A DNA stretch of 64,000 nt from contig JAZDNO010000006.1 in assembly GCA_043799545.1 (NCBI GenBank), positions 64,001 through 128,000 of the forward strand. Direction: 5' to 3'. This document shows, in pieces, positions 26,475 to 36,376 of the stretch. The position numbers and the translations under genes were made by a program. This stretch comes from Methanobacteriota archaeon. GTDB lineage: Archaea > Thermoplasmatota > Thermoplasmata > SG8-5 > DAIRED01. Within the stretch, counting starts at the first letter, position 1, and each line of letters opens with the position of its first letter. The notes below the pieces were generated by a model. That model made no database searches and was not told the origin of the DNA. It saw only the letters and a program-made list of their open reading frames with translations.

Positions 26475-27059
26475 TCAATTTTTGCGAGCGCGCTGGCGGA
26501 CCGCCTCGTAAATCATGATCGCGGCGCTGACCGAAGCGTTCAACGACGGCGTTTCGCCGTGCATCGGTATCCTGGCGACGTCGTCGCAAAGCTCCTTCGT
26601 GAGCCTGCCCAGCCCCCTGTCCTCGCCCCCTATGACTATGGCGGTGGGGCCAGTAAAATCGTAGCTATAGTATGGCTTGCGACCGCCCATGTCGGCGGCG
26701 ACTGTCCAGATTCCATCGCGCTTGAGCTGGTCCAGCGCGCCGGGGATGCTGCTCACCCTCGCGACCGGGAGGTAATCGACAGCGCCTGCAGACGCGCGCA
26801 AAGCCCCGATTCCAAGGGGGGCCGCCCTCCTGTCGGGTATCACCACGCCGTGGGCTCCGGCGCATTCGGCCGTCCTGACGACCGCGCCGAGATTGTGCGG
26901 GTCCTCGACGCAATCCAGAAGTATGATTAAGGGAGCTTCGCCGCGCTCTTTGGCGATATCAAGGATGTCGCCGAGCGTGACGTATGCCGAGGGTGCGCGG
27001 CCTTCGGCCCCCCCCCTCTGGCGGCTACGCCGACCCTTCGAGTTTCGCAAGGTAGTCAA
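26475..27059 (-). CDS. TrmH/SpoU-family RNA 2'-O-methyltransferase (RlmB-like, short N-terminus)
   Basis: LDCVEDPHNLGAVVRTA, IVIGGEDRG and SLNASV SPOUT motifs; start uncertain. Confidence 0.88.
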   Translation of the reverse strand: MTTLRNSKGRRSRQRGGAEGRAPSAYVTLGDILDIAKERGEAPLIILLDCVEDPHNLGAVVRTAECAGAHGVVIPDRRAAPLGIGALRASAGAVDYLPVARVSSIPGALDQLKRDGIWTVAADMGGRKPYYSYDFTGPTAIVIGGEDRGLGRLTKELCDDVARIPMHGETPSLNASVSAAIMIYEAVRQRARKN

Positions 27060-27861
27060 GCCCCTCCGTTGTTATTTCCAGCAAGAGCCTGGATCCGTGT
27101 CCGCGTATGCCCAAGGAGCGGCATCCCACGTATTTGCGCTTAAGTAGGTCCTTCTCCTCCATGCCGACGATGAGCTTCTTGAAGTAAACGCCGGAACCGG
27201 CCTTCAGCCCGCCCTCTTCGACCTTCTGGCCGTACATCCGCTCGACATCCTGGGCCAGCGCGTGCCTGCTGTTCCCCGCAAGCTCCCTCAGTGAATCCAG
27301 CACGGTCCTTGCATGGATGTCGGAATCGGATTTTCTGGCCCTCTTCGGACCCGGGCGCTGGGGGGCGCCGGCCCCCTGCATGCCATCTATCTTCACATGG
27401 AGCGAGTCAAGGGCCTTCATAATCGCCGCGACGTCGCTTTCCAGCTTCTTGATAATTATCGCAACTTCTCCATCCGAAGGCATCCGGTCATTTTTTCTTT
27501 GAGGATGGGCGGGGGCGCGCTCCTCGATTTTTAGACTACCCGATTCCAGCTTCGACAGCGCCTCTGCGCCAGCATCCGTGAGCTTGTAAAGCGATATTTC
27601 GACCGGTCGGTCGTCCTTCCGGCTCGCGTGGCTGCTGCGTTCCAGCAGGCCAAACCTCGTGAGCGCGGCGAGGGTGGCGTTGATGGCATTGTAACCCTTG
27701 CCCGTTTCCTTGCGGACGTAGCCCGGGGTGAAGGTGCCTCCGTGCAACCCGTCCGTGAGCTGGGACTTGGCCAGTTTGAGTATCTCGAATTCGAACGGTG
27801 CGCAGGAAGTCAGCCTCTCGCTTTCGAAGGATTGGTCTGGTGATTCTTTGCTGGGGGTCAT
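27025..27861 (-). CDS. Hypothetical protein with two winged-helix-like domains around a short coiled coil
   Basis: LAALTRFGLLER..YKLTDAG and MEEKDLLKRK..LEITTEG wing motifs. Confidence 0.6.
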   Translation of the reverse strand: MTPSKESPDQSFESERLTSCAPFEFEILKLAKSQLTDGLHGGTFTPGYVRKETGKGYNAINATLAALTRFGLLERSSHASRKDDRPVEISLYKLTDAGAEALSKLESGSLKIEERAPAHPQRKNDRMPSDGEVAIIIKKLESDVAAIMKALDSLHVKIDGMQGAGAPQRPGPKRARKSDSDIHARTVLDSLRELAGNSRHALAQDVERMYGQKVEEGGLKAGSGVYFKKLIVGMEEKDLLKRKYVGCRSLGIRGHGSRLLLEITTEGLDYLAKLEGSA

Positions 27862-27979
27862 CGCTGTTACCAATAATCTAAAGGAGCCTCGATATTTATA
27901 ATTTGCCGCGATATTGGCGAGCCTGATACTCACACTGCAAACGTTTTATATCGCCGGGCGGTTTACGGAACGATTCGAA

Positions 27980-30202
27980 ATGGCCGACCGAAGCGTTGTC
28001 CTGAAGGTGGCAGAAGCGGCGCAGTCAGACGTCAGCCTGGGCCGGGCGCGAATCGATACGACCACCAGGATGGCAATAGGGGTGGAGGTCGGCGACATAG
28101 TCGAAATTCTGGGAAAGAAGAGCACGGTCGCCAAGATTTTCCGGACGCTTTCGGAGGACGAGGGCAAGGGGCTCATCCGCATCGATGGCCTGGTCCGCAG
28201 GAACGCTGGCGTTTCCATCGGGGACAAGGTTGAGGTGCGCAAGGCGGAGGTGGTCAATGCCACGAAGGTTACGATGGCTCCGATGCTGGCGGCCAACAAG
28301 CGCGTTACCTTCGGAGAGGGCATAGAGGCGTTCGTGCGGCGCGGTCTGAGCAAGCGCCCCCTGACGAAGGGCGACACGGTCGTTGTCCCTGGGATTGCGC
28401 TGATGGGCGGCGCGCTGCCGTTCATTGTGGTCAGCACCGCGCCCAAGGGTATTGTTCAGATTACAGACTCGACCGAAGTGCAGGTGAGGGAGGAGACCGC
28501 GGAGGCCGGGGAGACGGTGACCCAGAGCATCACGTACGAGGACATCGGCGGCCTGAAAGACGAGCTTCAGCGCGTGAGGGAGATGATAGAGCTCCCGTTG
28601 AAGCACCCAGAGCTGTTCCAGCGCCTCGGAATCGACCCCCCCAAAGGGGTTCTGCTCTACGGCCCGCCCGGGACTGGCAAGACGCTTATCGCGAAGGCGG
28701 TCGCTGGCGAGGCGGGGGCGAACTTCTACTCCATCCAGGGTCCTGAGATAATCTCCAAATACTACGGCCAGTCGGAGGAGAAGCTGCGCGAGAAGTTCGA
28801 GGAGGCCGAGCACAACGCGCCGTCGGTCATTTTCATCGACGAGCTGGACTCAATCGCGCCCAAGAGGGACGAGGTTCAGGGCGAGGTCGAGCGCCGCGTC
28901 GTGGCCCAGCTGCTGACGCTGATGGACGGCCTTAGCAACCGTGGGAATGTCATAGTCATCGCCGCCACCAACAGGGAGGACGCGATTGATCCGGCGCTGA
29001 GGCGCCCGGGCCGCTTCGACCGCGAAATCGAAATCGGCGTGCCCGACCGCTTCGGACGCAAGGAAGTCATGCTGATTCACACTCGTGGCATGCCCATAGA
29101 GGGAACCGAGGACGAGCGCGCCAAGCTTCTCGAAGAGCTTGCGGCGATAACATTCGGGTTCGTAGGCGCCGACCTGGCCGCGCTGGCCCGCGAGGCCGCG
29201 ATGCGGGCCTTGCGCAGGTACCTGCCAGGGATAGACCTGGACAAGCCGATTCCCGCGGACGTGTTGGGCAAGATGATTGTGAAGCGCGAAGACTTCAAGG
29301 AGGCGCTGAAGGACGTGGAGCCGAGCGCGATGCGGGAGGTCCTGGTCGAGATACCGAAGGTCACTTGGGACGAGGTCGGAGGGCTGGAGGACGCCAAGAC
29401 GACTCTGAGGGAATCTGTAGAGATGCCCCTGAACAACCCGGCGGCTTTCGAGCGGATGGGAATCAGGCCGCCTCGCGGAATCCTTCTGTACGGTCCGCCG
29501 GGGACAGGTAAGACTCTACTGGCCAAGGCAGTTGCCAACGAATCGCAGGCCAATTTCATATCCATCAAGGGTCCGGAGGTAATGTCGAAATGGGTGGGGG
29601 AGAGCGAGAAGGCGGTGCGCCTGATTTTCAAGAAAGCCAAGCAGGTCGCGCCATCGATAGTGTTCCTGGACGAGATAGACGCAATCGCGCCGATGAGGGG
29701 CTCAAGCTCCGGAGATGCTGGAGCGACCGAGCGGGTGGTGAACCAGATATTGACATCAGTGGACGGGCTGGAATCGATGGAGGGCGTGGTCGTCCTGGCG
29801 GCGACGAACCGACCCGACATCCTGGATTCCGCGCTGCTCAGGCCCGGGCGTTTCGACAGGATGGTTCTCATCAGCGTGCCAGATAAGGAGACGAGGCTCC
29901 AGATATTCAAGGTGCACACCAAGAAGATGCCCCTCAAGGGCGTGGACCTGAACCGCCTTGCTGACGTGACCAAAAACTACGTCGGTGCGGACATCGAGGG
30001 CCTGTGCCGCGAGGCCGCCATGCAGGCGCTGCGCCAAGACCCGGCGGCCAAGGAAGTCACGACGGCGCACTTCGAGGCCGCGCTGAAGGTCATCAGGCCA
30101 TCTGTCACCGAGGAAATAATCAAATACTACGAGGGGATTAAGGAGAAGATTGAAAGCGGGATAACCAAGAGCAAGCGAGACTCTTTTGGTTATTACGCCT
30201 AG
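27980..30202 (+). CDS. cdc48: CDC48/VAT-family AAA+ ATPase
   Basis: N-domain, two GPPGTGKT Walker A, two Walker B and RPGRFDR; C-terminal YYA (HbYX); TTTTATA about 30 nt upstream. Confidence 0.97.
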   Translation: MADRSVVLKVAEAAQSDVSLGRARIDTTTRMAIGVEVGDIVEILGKKSTVAKIFRTLSEDEGKGLIRIDGLVRRNAGVSIGDKVEVRKAEVVNATKVTMAPMLAANKRVTFGEGIEAFVRRGLSKRPLTKGDTVVVPGIALMGGALPFIVVSTAPKGIVQITDSTEVQVREETAEAGETVTQSITYEDIGGLKDELQRVREMIELPLKHPELFQRLGIDPPKGVLLYGPPGTGKTLIAKAVAGEAGANFYSIQGPEIISKYYGQSEEKLREKFEEAEHNAPSVIFIDELDSIAPKRDEVQGEVERRVVAQLLTLMDGLSNRGNVIVIAATNREDAIDPALRRPGRFDREIEIGVPDRFGRKEVMLIHTRGMPIEGTEDERAKLLEELAAITFGFVGADLAALAREAAMRALRRYLPGIDLDKPIPADVLGKMIVKREDFKEALKDVEPSAMREVLVEIPKVTWDEVGGLEDAKTTLRESVEMPLNNPAAFERMGIRPPRGILLYGPPGTGKTLLAKAVANESQANFISIKGPEVMSKWVGESEKAVRLIFKKAKQVAPSIVFLDEIDAIAPMRGSSSGDAGATERVVNQILTSVDGLESMEGVVVLAATNRPDILDSALLRPGRFDRMVLISVPDKETRLQIFKVHTKKMPLKGVDLNRLADVTKNYVGADIEGLCREAAMQALRQDPAAKEVTTAHFEAALKVIRPSVTEEIIKYYEGIKEKIESGITKSKRDSFGYYA

Positions 30203-30213
30203 AGGTGAATGCG

Positions 30214-30465
30214 ATGAAGAAGTTTGCAGCGGAACTCCGCGGAAAGACCGTGATGACCAACGACGGCCAGATTCTAGGCATGATAGACAACTTCGTCGTG
30301 GACACCATCACCGGCGAACTGCACCACGTTCTGGTGATTCCGGCCGAGGACGTCGAGACCCGGTTATTCAGGACGGACGCGGGCGGGCGCCTAGTGCTTC
30401 CGTTCCTGGAAATGAAGGCTGTACGGGATGTCGTGGTCATGAACGTGAAGCCGGGAAGGGCGTAG
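30214..30465 (+). CDS. Stand-alone PRC-barrel protein (CdpB-like)
   Basis: LRGKTVMTNDGQILG.I.N.VVD..TGEL...LP...KAVRDVVV; GAGGTG RBS. Confidence 0.85.
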   Translation: MKKFAAELRGKTVMTNDGQILGMIDNFVVDTITGELHHVLVIPAEDVETRLFRTDAGGRLVLPFLEMKAVRDVVVMNVKPGRA

Positions 30466-30548
30466 AGCATCAATCAATCGTTTCAGCGTTCCATATGAAT
30501 TTCATTTTTTAGAGTCAGCTCCGCAAGCATGTTTTCTATGGGCTGGTG

Positions 30549-33500
30549 TTAAATCCCCTTCTTCAGCTTTCTCGCCAGCCCCGGCGATATGCCCTGTATG
30601 CGCGTAAGCTCTGCCATCTCCGCGCGGTGGATGTCGTCCTCCGAGCAGAATCCGGCTTCCCATAGGTCGTTGGCCTTCGAGTAGCCGATGCCCGGCACGG
30701 ACATGAGTTTCTGGACGAACGATTCCCGGTCTCGCTTAGCGACCTTTTTCGTCCCCTTCTTCTTTGCTGCTCCCCCATCGCCAGATATCGCGGACTCCAT
30801 CTCCCTTGCCAGGGCGTCTTCCTTGTCCTTGTATCTCAACCGCTCGCCGCAAGCGTGGCATTTCTTCGCACCGATGTCGTTCGTCTCGCCGCATTCCTGG
30901 CATGCCACGCCGGAACGTTTCCTCTCTTTCCTGGCCGCCGCCGGTGCGGGCGTCTTTCTCTCCGGAGGCTGCTCCTGGGCCTGCTTGCGAGCGGGTTTCG
31001 AAGCATCCTTCTCCGGGACGACCTCTCTCTCAACGCCTTCAATGTTCTTCATTGCGTCTGAGAAATCCGGAGCGAGCGAGAGCGCCTCCTCGAACGAGGC
31101 GATTGCGTCAGCTGTCTTGCCGGCGCGTTTCAATGCGATACCTCTGATGTTCCACAGTTCGGCGCTGCGCTCGTCGAGCTTCAACCCGTCGTCCGCTGCC
31201 CGAACCGCGCCTTTCAGGTCGTCCGATTCGAGCATAACGAACGATTTTATTGCGTAAAGCTCGGGAGATTTCACCGCTGCCAGCCCATCCCCGATGAGTT
31301 CCAGCGATTCTCCAGCCCTTCCCTGCCTCGCCAAAACGGAGGCCTTTCCCGCCAGTGCCGCGAGTGCGTCCGGACGCGCGTCCAGCGCCCGGTCGTAACT
31401 TTTAATCGCCTGGTCAAGCTCCCCGCGCGATGCGAACACGGCGCCGCGGTCGCACCAGGCTTCCCAGTGCCCCGGGTCGCTCTGCAAGGCCTTGTCCAGG
31501 CACATCAGGGCGTCGTCCAATTTTCCCGAAAGGTATAGGGTATTTCCGACCTTGTTCCAGAGGTCCGCGCTGGATTTGGCAAGCTCGGCCGCTTCTTCCA
31601 GCGCCTCCGAAGCCTTGCCCTTGCGCCCCCAAAAATCGAGCAGGTCCGCTTTCAGCAGGAGCAGCGGGACGGAGATGTCCGTCTTGGCGGTAATGGCGCT
31701 GAGCGCCTCCGATGCGGCGGCATAACGGCTTGAACCGAGCAGAGCTTCGGTCCTCCCCAGCGCAGCTGCGGTGTCGTCCGGGTCAAGGTCCAGGGCATCC
31801 TCGAAAAACGACGCGGCTTCCTCGTAATGCCCGAGCGCGTAGGCTGCCTCGCCTTGCATCCGCGGCAGACGGGACTCGCTCCTCAGAAGCATGGCCTCGC
31901 CGAACCGCCCTATCGCGTCCTCGAACATCCCGAGGCGCATGCAGAGCTCGCCGAGGCCCACCAACTCGTCGAATTCCAGCACCTCGCGCTCCTCCGCCCT
32001 GGCATCCTCGATGCGCTCTATTTCCTCAGGCTCGCCAGCCGGCAAATCCGGCTCAAGCTCGGGCTCTTCCGTCTCCCTGAGGTCGGAGCCGCATCCCATG
32101 CAGAAGTTATCGCGCTCCCCGACATCGCCCCCGCACTCCGAGCATGTGAACAGGACAGTATCTTCACTCTCGGACTCGCCTGAACCCGGGGCGATGCCCG
32201 CGGGCGGCACCTCCGAAACTGACGGGACTGGCTCGGTCATTGAGACCGCTTCGAAAGGTGCAGGCTCGGGAACTGGTAACGGTGCCTGTACTGGAACCTC
32301 GACGGGTTTAACGGGGACAGAGCGCTCGGCCTGCTGCTGGCGCTCCTTCGCTTCTCGCTGCTGCCGCAGCCTCTCCTCCTGCTCTTGGCGCAGGGCTCTC
32401 TCGGTCTTTTCCCGGAGCTCGATGGCGACATCCCAGCCGGGCTTCATGTCAAGAGCCAGCTCAAGCGAGTCGAGCGCAGCCTTGTACACGCCTGCGGCAA
32501 CCAGGGCGCTCGCCTTCTGAGCATGCATCTCAGGCGTTTTGAACTTCTCGAGCACGCGGTCGTACGACTTCACGGCCTCCAGATGTCTGCCAAGGTCCTG
32601 GAGGAGCAGCCCGCGGTTCAGCCACGTGTCCAGGTTGTCGCCGCGCAGCTCGAGGGCCTTGTTGAAACTCGCCAGCGCCTCGTCGCTCCTGCCGAGGTGC
32701 TTGAGGGCGACGCCCCGGTTCGAGAGCGCGCGCTCGTTCTTCGGGTTTGACCGCAAAGCCTGGTCGAAGCAAAGCACGGCCTCCTCGTCCTTCCCCAGCT
32801 CGAGGAGAGTGGCCCCCTTGTTGTTCAACGCTTTTTCGTACGTCTTGTTCAGCTCCAGCGCCTTATCGTAGCAGGCGAGCTCGTCGTCGTGCTTGCCCTT
32901 CGAGTACAAAACGGCCCCGAGGTTGAACCAGCCCTCGTCCGAACCCGGGTTCCTGCGCAGCGCCTCCTCGTACGCTTCGACGGCCTTGTCGTTCTGCCCG
33001 AGCGCCGCCTGGCAGTTGCCGAGCATCGCGTGCGGGACGTCGTAGTCCGGCTTCAGCGCCGCCGCCTTGTCGAAGTACTCGATGGCCTTGCGGTAGTTGC
33101 CAGCCTCGTAGAAATCGTAGCCCCATTTCATTATCGAGTCCAGCTGCCCCATGCTCGGCAGCTGCCTGTTCCCGTCCTTCTCGAGGAACGATTCCGTGGA
33201 GCGCCTGTCGAGCTCTTCTGTGAGCCCGAACTTGTCCAGCAGCTGGCCGAACCTCTCGGTGTCTGCGACCGCGACGTCGAACTGGGCGGCGTAGTTTTCC
33301 GCGTCCTTTGAAACGTCCCCGGCAGTGATGTAGATGCCCCTCGGCACGCCGGCCTTGCGCATCCTCTCCACGGACTTCTGTATGTCGTGCGGCCTGGCCG
33401 AATCGAGCCCGCGGGTCGCGAAGACGAGGTACTTGTCGCCGTTTGCGATTAGGTGCGCCTCCATCTCCATCGAGTCCCCCGAGGTTCGGAAACCTTTTGT

Positions 33501-33602
33501 CTCCAGCCCCATCCCCTTGAGAACCCTCTCCACGAACGAGCGGAACTCCGGCTCGCTGAGCTCGCGCAGCTCCTTTGCCAGCCTGGCCGGGTCGTGCGTC
33601 AT
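30549..33602 (-). CDS. Multidomain protein: Mrr-like restriction-endonuclease fold + TPR arrays + two Zn ribbons + HhH
   Basis: N-terminal EFRSFVERVLKGMG..RGIYIT..AENYA..VAD pattern; many TPRs; CSECG..CMGCG and CQECG..CHACG; VPGIG..IQGISPGLA. Confidence 0.8.
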   Translation of the reverse strand: MTHDPARLAKELRELSEPEFRSFVERVLKGMGLETKGFRTSGDSMEMEAHLIANGDKYLVFATRGLDSARPHDIQKSVERMRKAGVPRGIYITAGDVSKDAENYAAQFDVAVADTERFGQLLDKFGLTEELDRRSTESFLEKDGNRQLPSMGQLDSIMKWGYDFYEAGNYRKAIEYFDKAAALKPDYDVPHAMLGNCQAALGQNDKAVEAYEEALRRNPGSDEGWFNLGAVLYSKGKHDDELACYDKALELNKTYEKALNNKGATLLELGKDEEAVLCFDQALRSNPKNERALSNRGVALKHLGRSDEALASFNKALELRGDNLDTWLNRGLLLQDLGRHLEAVKSYDRVLEKFKTPEMHAQKASALVAAGVYKAALDSLELALDMKPGWDVAIELREKTERALRQEQEERLRQQREAKERQQQAERSVPVKPVEVPVQAPLPVPEPAPFEAVSMTEPVPSVSEVPPAGIAPGSGESESEDTVLFTCSECGGDVGERDNFCMGCGSDLRETEEPELEPDLPAGEPEEIERIEDARAEEREVLEFDELVGLGELCMRLGMFEDAIGRFGEAMLLRSESRLPRMQGEAAYALGHYEEAASFFEDALDLDPDDTAAALGRTEALLGSSRYAAASEALSAITAKTDISVPLLLLKADLLDFWGRKGKASEALEEAAELAKSSADLWNKVGNTLYLSGKLDDALMCLDKALQSDPGHWEAWCDRGAVFASRGELDQAIKSYDRALDARPDALAALAGKASVLARQGRAGESLELIGDGLAAVKSPELYAIKSFVMLESDDLKGAVRAADDGLKLDERSAELWNIRGIALKRAGKTADAIASFEEALSLAPDFSDAMKNIEGVEREVVPEKDASKPARKQAQEQPPERKTPAPAAARKERKRSGVACQECGETNDIGAKKCHACGERLRYKDKEDALAREMESAISGDGGAAKKKGTKKVAKRDRESFVQKLMSVPGIGYSKANDLWEAGFCSEDDIHRAEMAELTRIQGISPGLARKLKKGI

Positions 33603-36343
33603 GCTCCGGCCTCCTCGTCCAAACGCTTGCGGGACCTCTCGCGCCATCGCTTTGCCTCTTCGAGGTTGGGGTTTATTCCGAGCGCCTTGTCATAGGAATC
33701 CAGGGCATCCCGATACCTCTCGAACTCGTGCATCGCGATGCCCCGTTTGAGCCAGATGGCACCGTCTCCGGGGGCAATCTCAATGGCCTTGTCGTACGCA
33801 GCCATCGATTTCTCCTGGTCGCCCATCTCCCGGAACGACTCGGCGACGCCCAGCCAGGCGTTGGAATTGCGGGGCTCCACCTGGGTTGCTATCTTGAATA
33901 TCCTGAGCGACTCGTTGAATCCCCCGTTCTCGAACAGAAGCCAAGACTTCTCCACTAAAGCAGAAGGGTTTTCCGGCTCGATGGAGAGGGCTTTGTCGAA
34001 GTCCGCCATTGACTTGTCGGACTGGCGCTGGTCCTTCAAAATCTGGCCCCTGAGTATCCAGCCCGGCGCGAAGTCCCCGTGCTCCTTCGTCAGGTTGTCC
34101 AATAGCTGCAATGCGGCTCCCCAACGCCCCATCGCCCTGTATGTCGAAGCCTTCCCGGCCATGGCTCTAGGGTCCGTTGGCTTTCTGGACAGCACCTCGT
34201 CGTAGGCCTTCAGCGCGTCGTTGTACTTCTGCCTCTCGGACAAGGCGGCGGCTACACGGAGCCTCGGCTCGAAATAGTCCGGGTCGAGGGCTATCGCCCT
34301 CTCGTAAAGCTGGAGCGCGCCTCCCCAGCGGCCCTTGGCTTCGAGAACGGTTCCCTTCTTGTACCACGCCTCCGAGAGGTCCTCGTCAAGCTCCAGTGCC
34401 TTGTCGAAGCACTTGTACGCCTCGTCGAACTTGCCCAGCCCTTGGAAGGAGTCCCCTATCCCTAGCCAAGCGTCGGCGTAGCGCTCGTCAAGTTCCACCG
34501 CTTCGTTGAACGCGGAAAGCGAATCCTCGTATTTTTTCAATGCCAGCAACACTTCGCCCTTCTTGTTCCACAGTACTTGGTCCTCGTGGTCCTGGGCCAG
34601 CGCGGCCTCGTAGGCCTCGAGGGCGCTGTATGACTTGCCGATGCCGGTTAAGACGTCCCCCTTCGCTTCCAGGAGGATGAGGGATGTCGGCGTAGCGGCC
34701 AGCCACTCGTCCAGCAGCGCGAGCGAATCGTCGCTCCGCCCTGTGCCGGAGAGGGCGTTGGCCTTGCCCGCGATGGCCTCCTCGTTCCCGGGGCTGATGG
34801 CCAGCACTTCCTCGAATGTGGCGAGCGCGGACTCGAACTCGTTTTCTTCCAGAAGCTTGTCTGCCTGGTCCAGAAGGCTCTCGATTCTCGGGTCCGGCGC
34901 TGCCGAGAGAACCTCGTCTATCTCGCTCTCTATTTTATCCGAGTCTGCGCCCGCAGGCGTGGCTACAGGGGATTCGGGCGAGGTTTTGTCAAGCGTAAGG
35001 GGCTCCGGCTCTTTGACTTTTGCAGCGACGGTCTCATGTACGGATGGCTCCGGTTCTTTGGATTTCGGAACAATCTCGGGGGCTGGAGCGAGCGGCTGAG
35101 GTCTTTTTCCTAGATCCAGCTCCGGCAACGGCTCCGAATCATCATCTTCTTTTTCCGGCTCTGAAAGCCCGGAGAGGATGTCTGCAAGGCTGCGCTGCCT
35201 GGCTTGCTCTGCGACCGGGGGCTTCGGTGGTTCTTCATCTTTTGGCTCGGGTTGCGGGGCCAGTTCCGCCGGGATTGGCTGCGGCGGAGAGGCCATCTTT
35301 TCGGGAGGTGCGGGCGCTGTGGATTTGTCTCGTTTGACTTCGGGAGATAACTCCTTCTTTTCCGGTTGAATTACGGTCGCCCTCTCGATGTCTCCCAGCT
35401 TGGCAAGCGTATCCGCTCGTTTCTTAGCAATCGACTGGTCCGCAGGCCTCTTCTCGAGAGCCGCTTCGTAGCAGCGGCCGGCCTCCCTGTAACGCCCAAT
35501 GGCGAAGAGCGAATCGCCCTTGAAAACCCATCCGTCCGGAGAATCTGGCTGCACGGCCAGGGCTCTCTCGAAGCACCGCAAGGCGTCCGGGTGGTTGTTC
35601 GCCTTCGCGAGCGCGGCCCCTCGTTCGAGCCACGTTTCAGGCGTGGGCTCCTCCGTCTCGGCAAGCGCCTCCGAATACTTTGCGGCCTCGCCAGCTCTTC
35701 CCGTCTCCTGGAGCAGGTACACCTTGGCCCGCAGCGCGTCAGGCTCCCTCGGGTCTATGGCCAGGGCGGCGTCGACAAGGGCCATGGAGCCGGATATGTT
35801 CATTGCGTTCGAAGATGCGCACCACTCCTTGTCGAGCACGGAAGAGAGTGCTTCGCCCGGCCGCCTCGCCCGCCACCTCAGCCAAGCGAACTGAAGGCAA
35901 ACGCGGGCAGAGGGAGGGGAATAGCTGAGCTCGAATCCGTGCTCGAGGCGGTCAAGGGCGGCGGACATCCATGCAAGATCCGCCTGCGACATGGGTGGCA
36001 TGGGCTCTTTGGGGTCCAGCGGCACCCCGGCGAGGAGCATCGCGCCCGAAGCCGCGGAAAGGAACTCTGCGAACCTGGCCTGGCCCATCCCCGGCATGTC
36101 GTCCCTGTCCGGAGGGTCGAATCGCCCGGAATCAGATGCGATGGCTTGGCCCGAAGGCGATGGGTGCGCGAGAAAAACCATGGCGTTGCCCTCGCCCAGC
36201 CTACGGGACGCCCCCTTTCCAGAGGTCCCCCAGTCCATCGTCCAGAGTGGCGATTCTCGCGAGAGCTCGTCGCAGCAGCCGCCGCAGATGCGCACGCCCG
36301 AGGGAGCGCCCTCCCCGCATCTGAGGCACGTAGACGGGGCCAT
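33599..36343 (-). CDS. Large TPR protein with N-terminal Zn finger and acidic Pro-rich linker
   Basis: CLRCG..ICGGC; TPR arrays; stop overlaps the next start (ATGA). Confidence 0.85.
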   Translation of the reverse strand: MAPSTCLRCGEGAPSGVRICGGCCDELSRESPLWTMDWGTSGKGASRRLGEGNAMVFLAHPSPSGQAIASDSGRFDPPDRDDMPGMGQARFAEFLSAASGAMLLAGVPLDPKEPMPPMSQADLAWMSAALDRLEHGFELSYSPPSARVCLQFAWLRWRARRPGEALSSVLDKEWCASSNAMNISGSMALVDAALAIDPREPDALRAKVYLLQETGRAGEAAKYSEALAETEEPTPETWLERGAALAKANNHPDALRCFERALAVQPDSPDGWVFKGDSLFAIGRYREAGRCYEAALEKRPADQSIAKKRADTLAKLGDIERATVIQPEKKELSPEVKRDKSTAPAPPEKMASPPQPIPAELAPQPEPKDEEPPKPPVAEQARQRSLADILSGLSEPEKEDDDSEPLPELDLGKRPQPLAPAPEIVPKSKEPEPSVHETVAAKVKEPEPLTLDKTSPESPVATPAGADSDKIESEIDEVLSAAPDPRIESLLDQADKLLEENEFESALATFEEVLAISPGNEEAIAGKANALSGTGRSDDSLALLDEWLAATPTSLILLEAKGDVLTGIGKSYSALEAYEAALAQDHEDQVLWNKKGEVLLALKKYEDSLSAFNEAVELDERYADAWLGIGDSFQGLGKFDEAYKCFDKALELDEDLSEAWYKKGTVLEAKGRWGGALQLYERAIALDPDYFEPRLRVAAALSERQKYNDALKAYDEVLSRKPTDPRAMAGKASTYRAMGRWGAALQLLDNLTKEHGDFAPGWILRGQILKDQRQSDKSMADFDKALSIEPENPSALVEKSWLLFENGGFNESLRIFKIATQVEPRNSNAWLGVAESFREMGDQEKSMAAYDKAIEIAPGDGAIWLKRGIAMHEFERYRDALDSYDKALGINPNLEEAKRWRERSRKRLDEEAGA

Positions 36344-36376
36344 TGTCGCTCACTATAAATTGGTAGAATAAAAACG

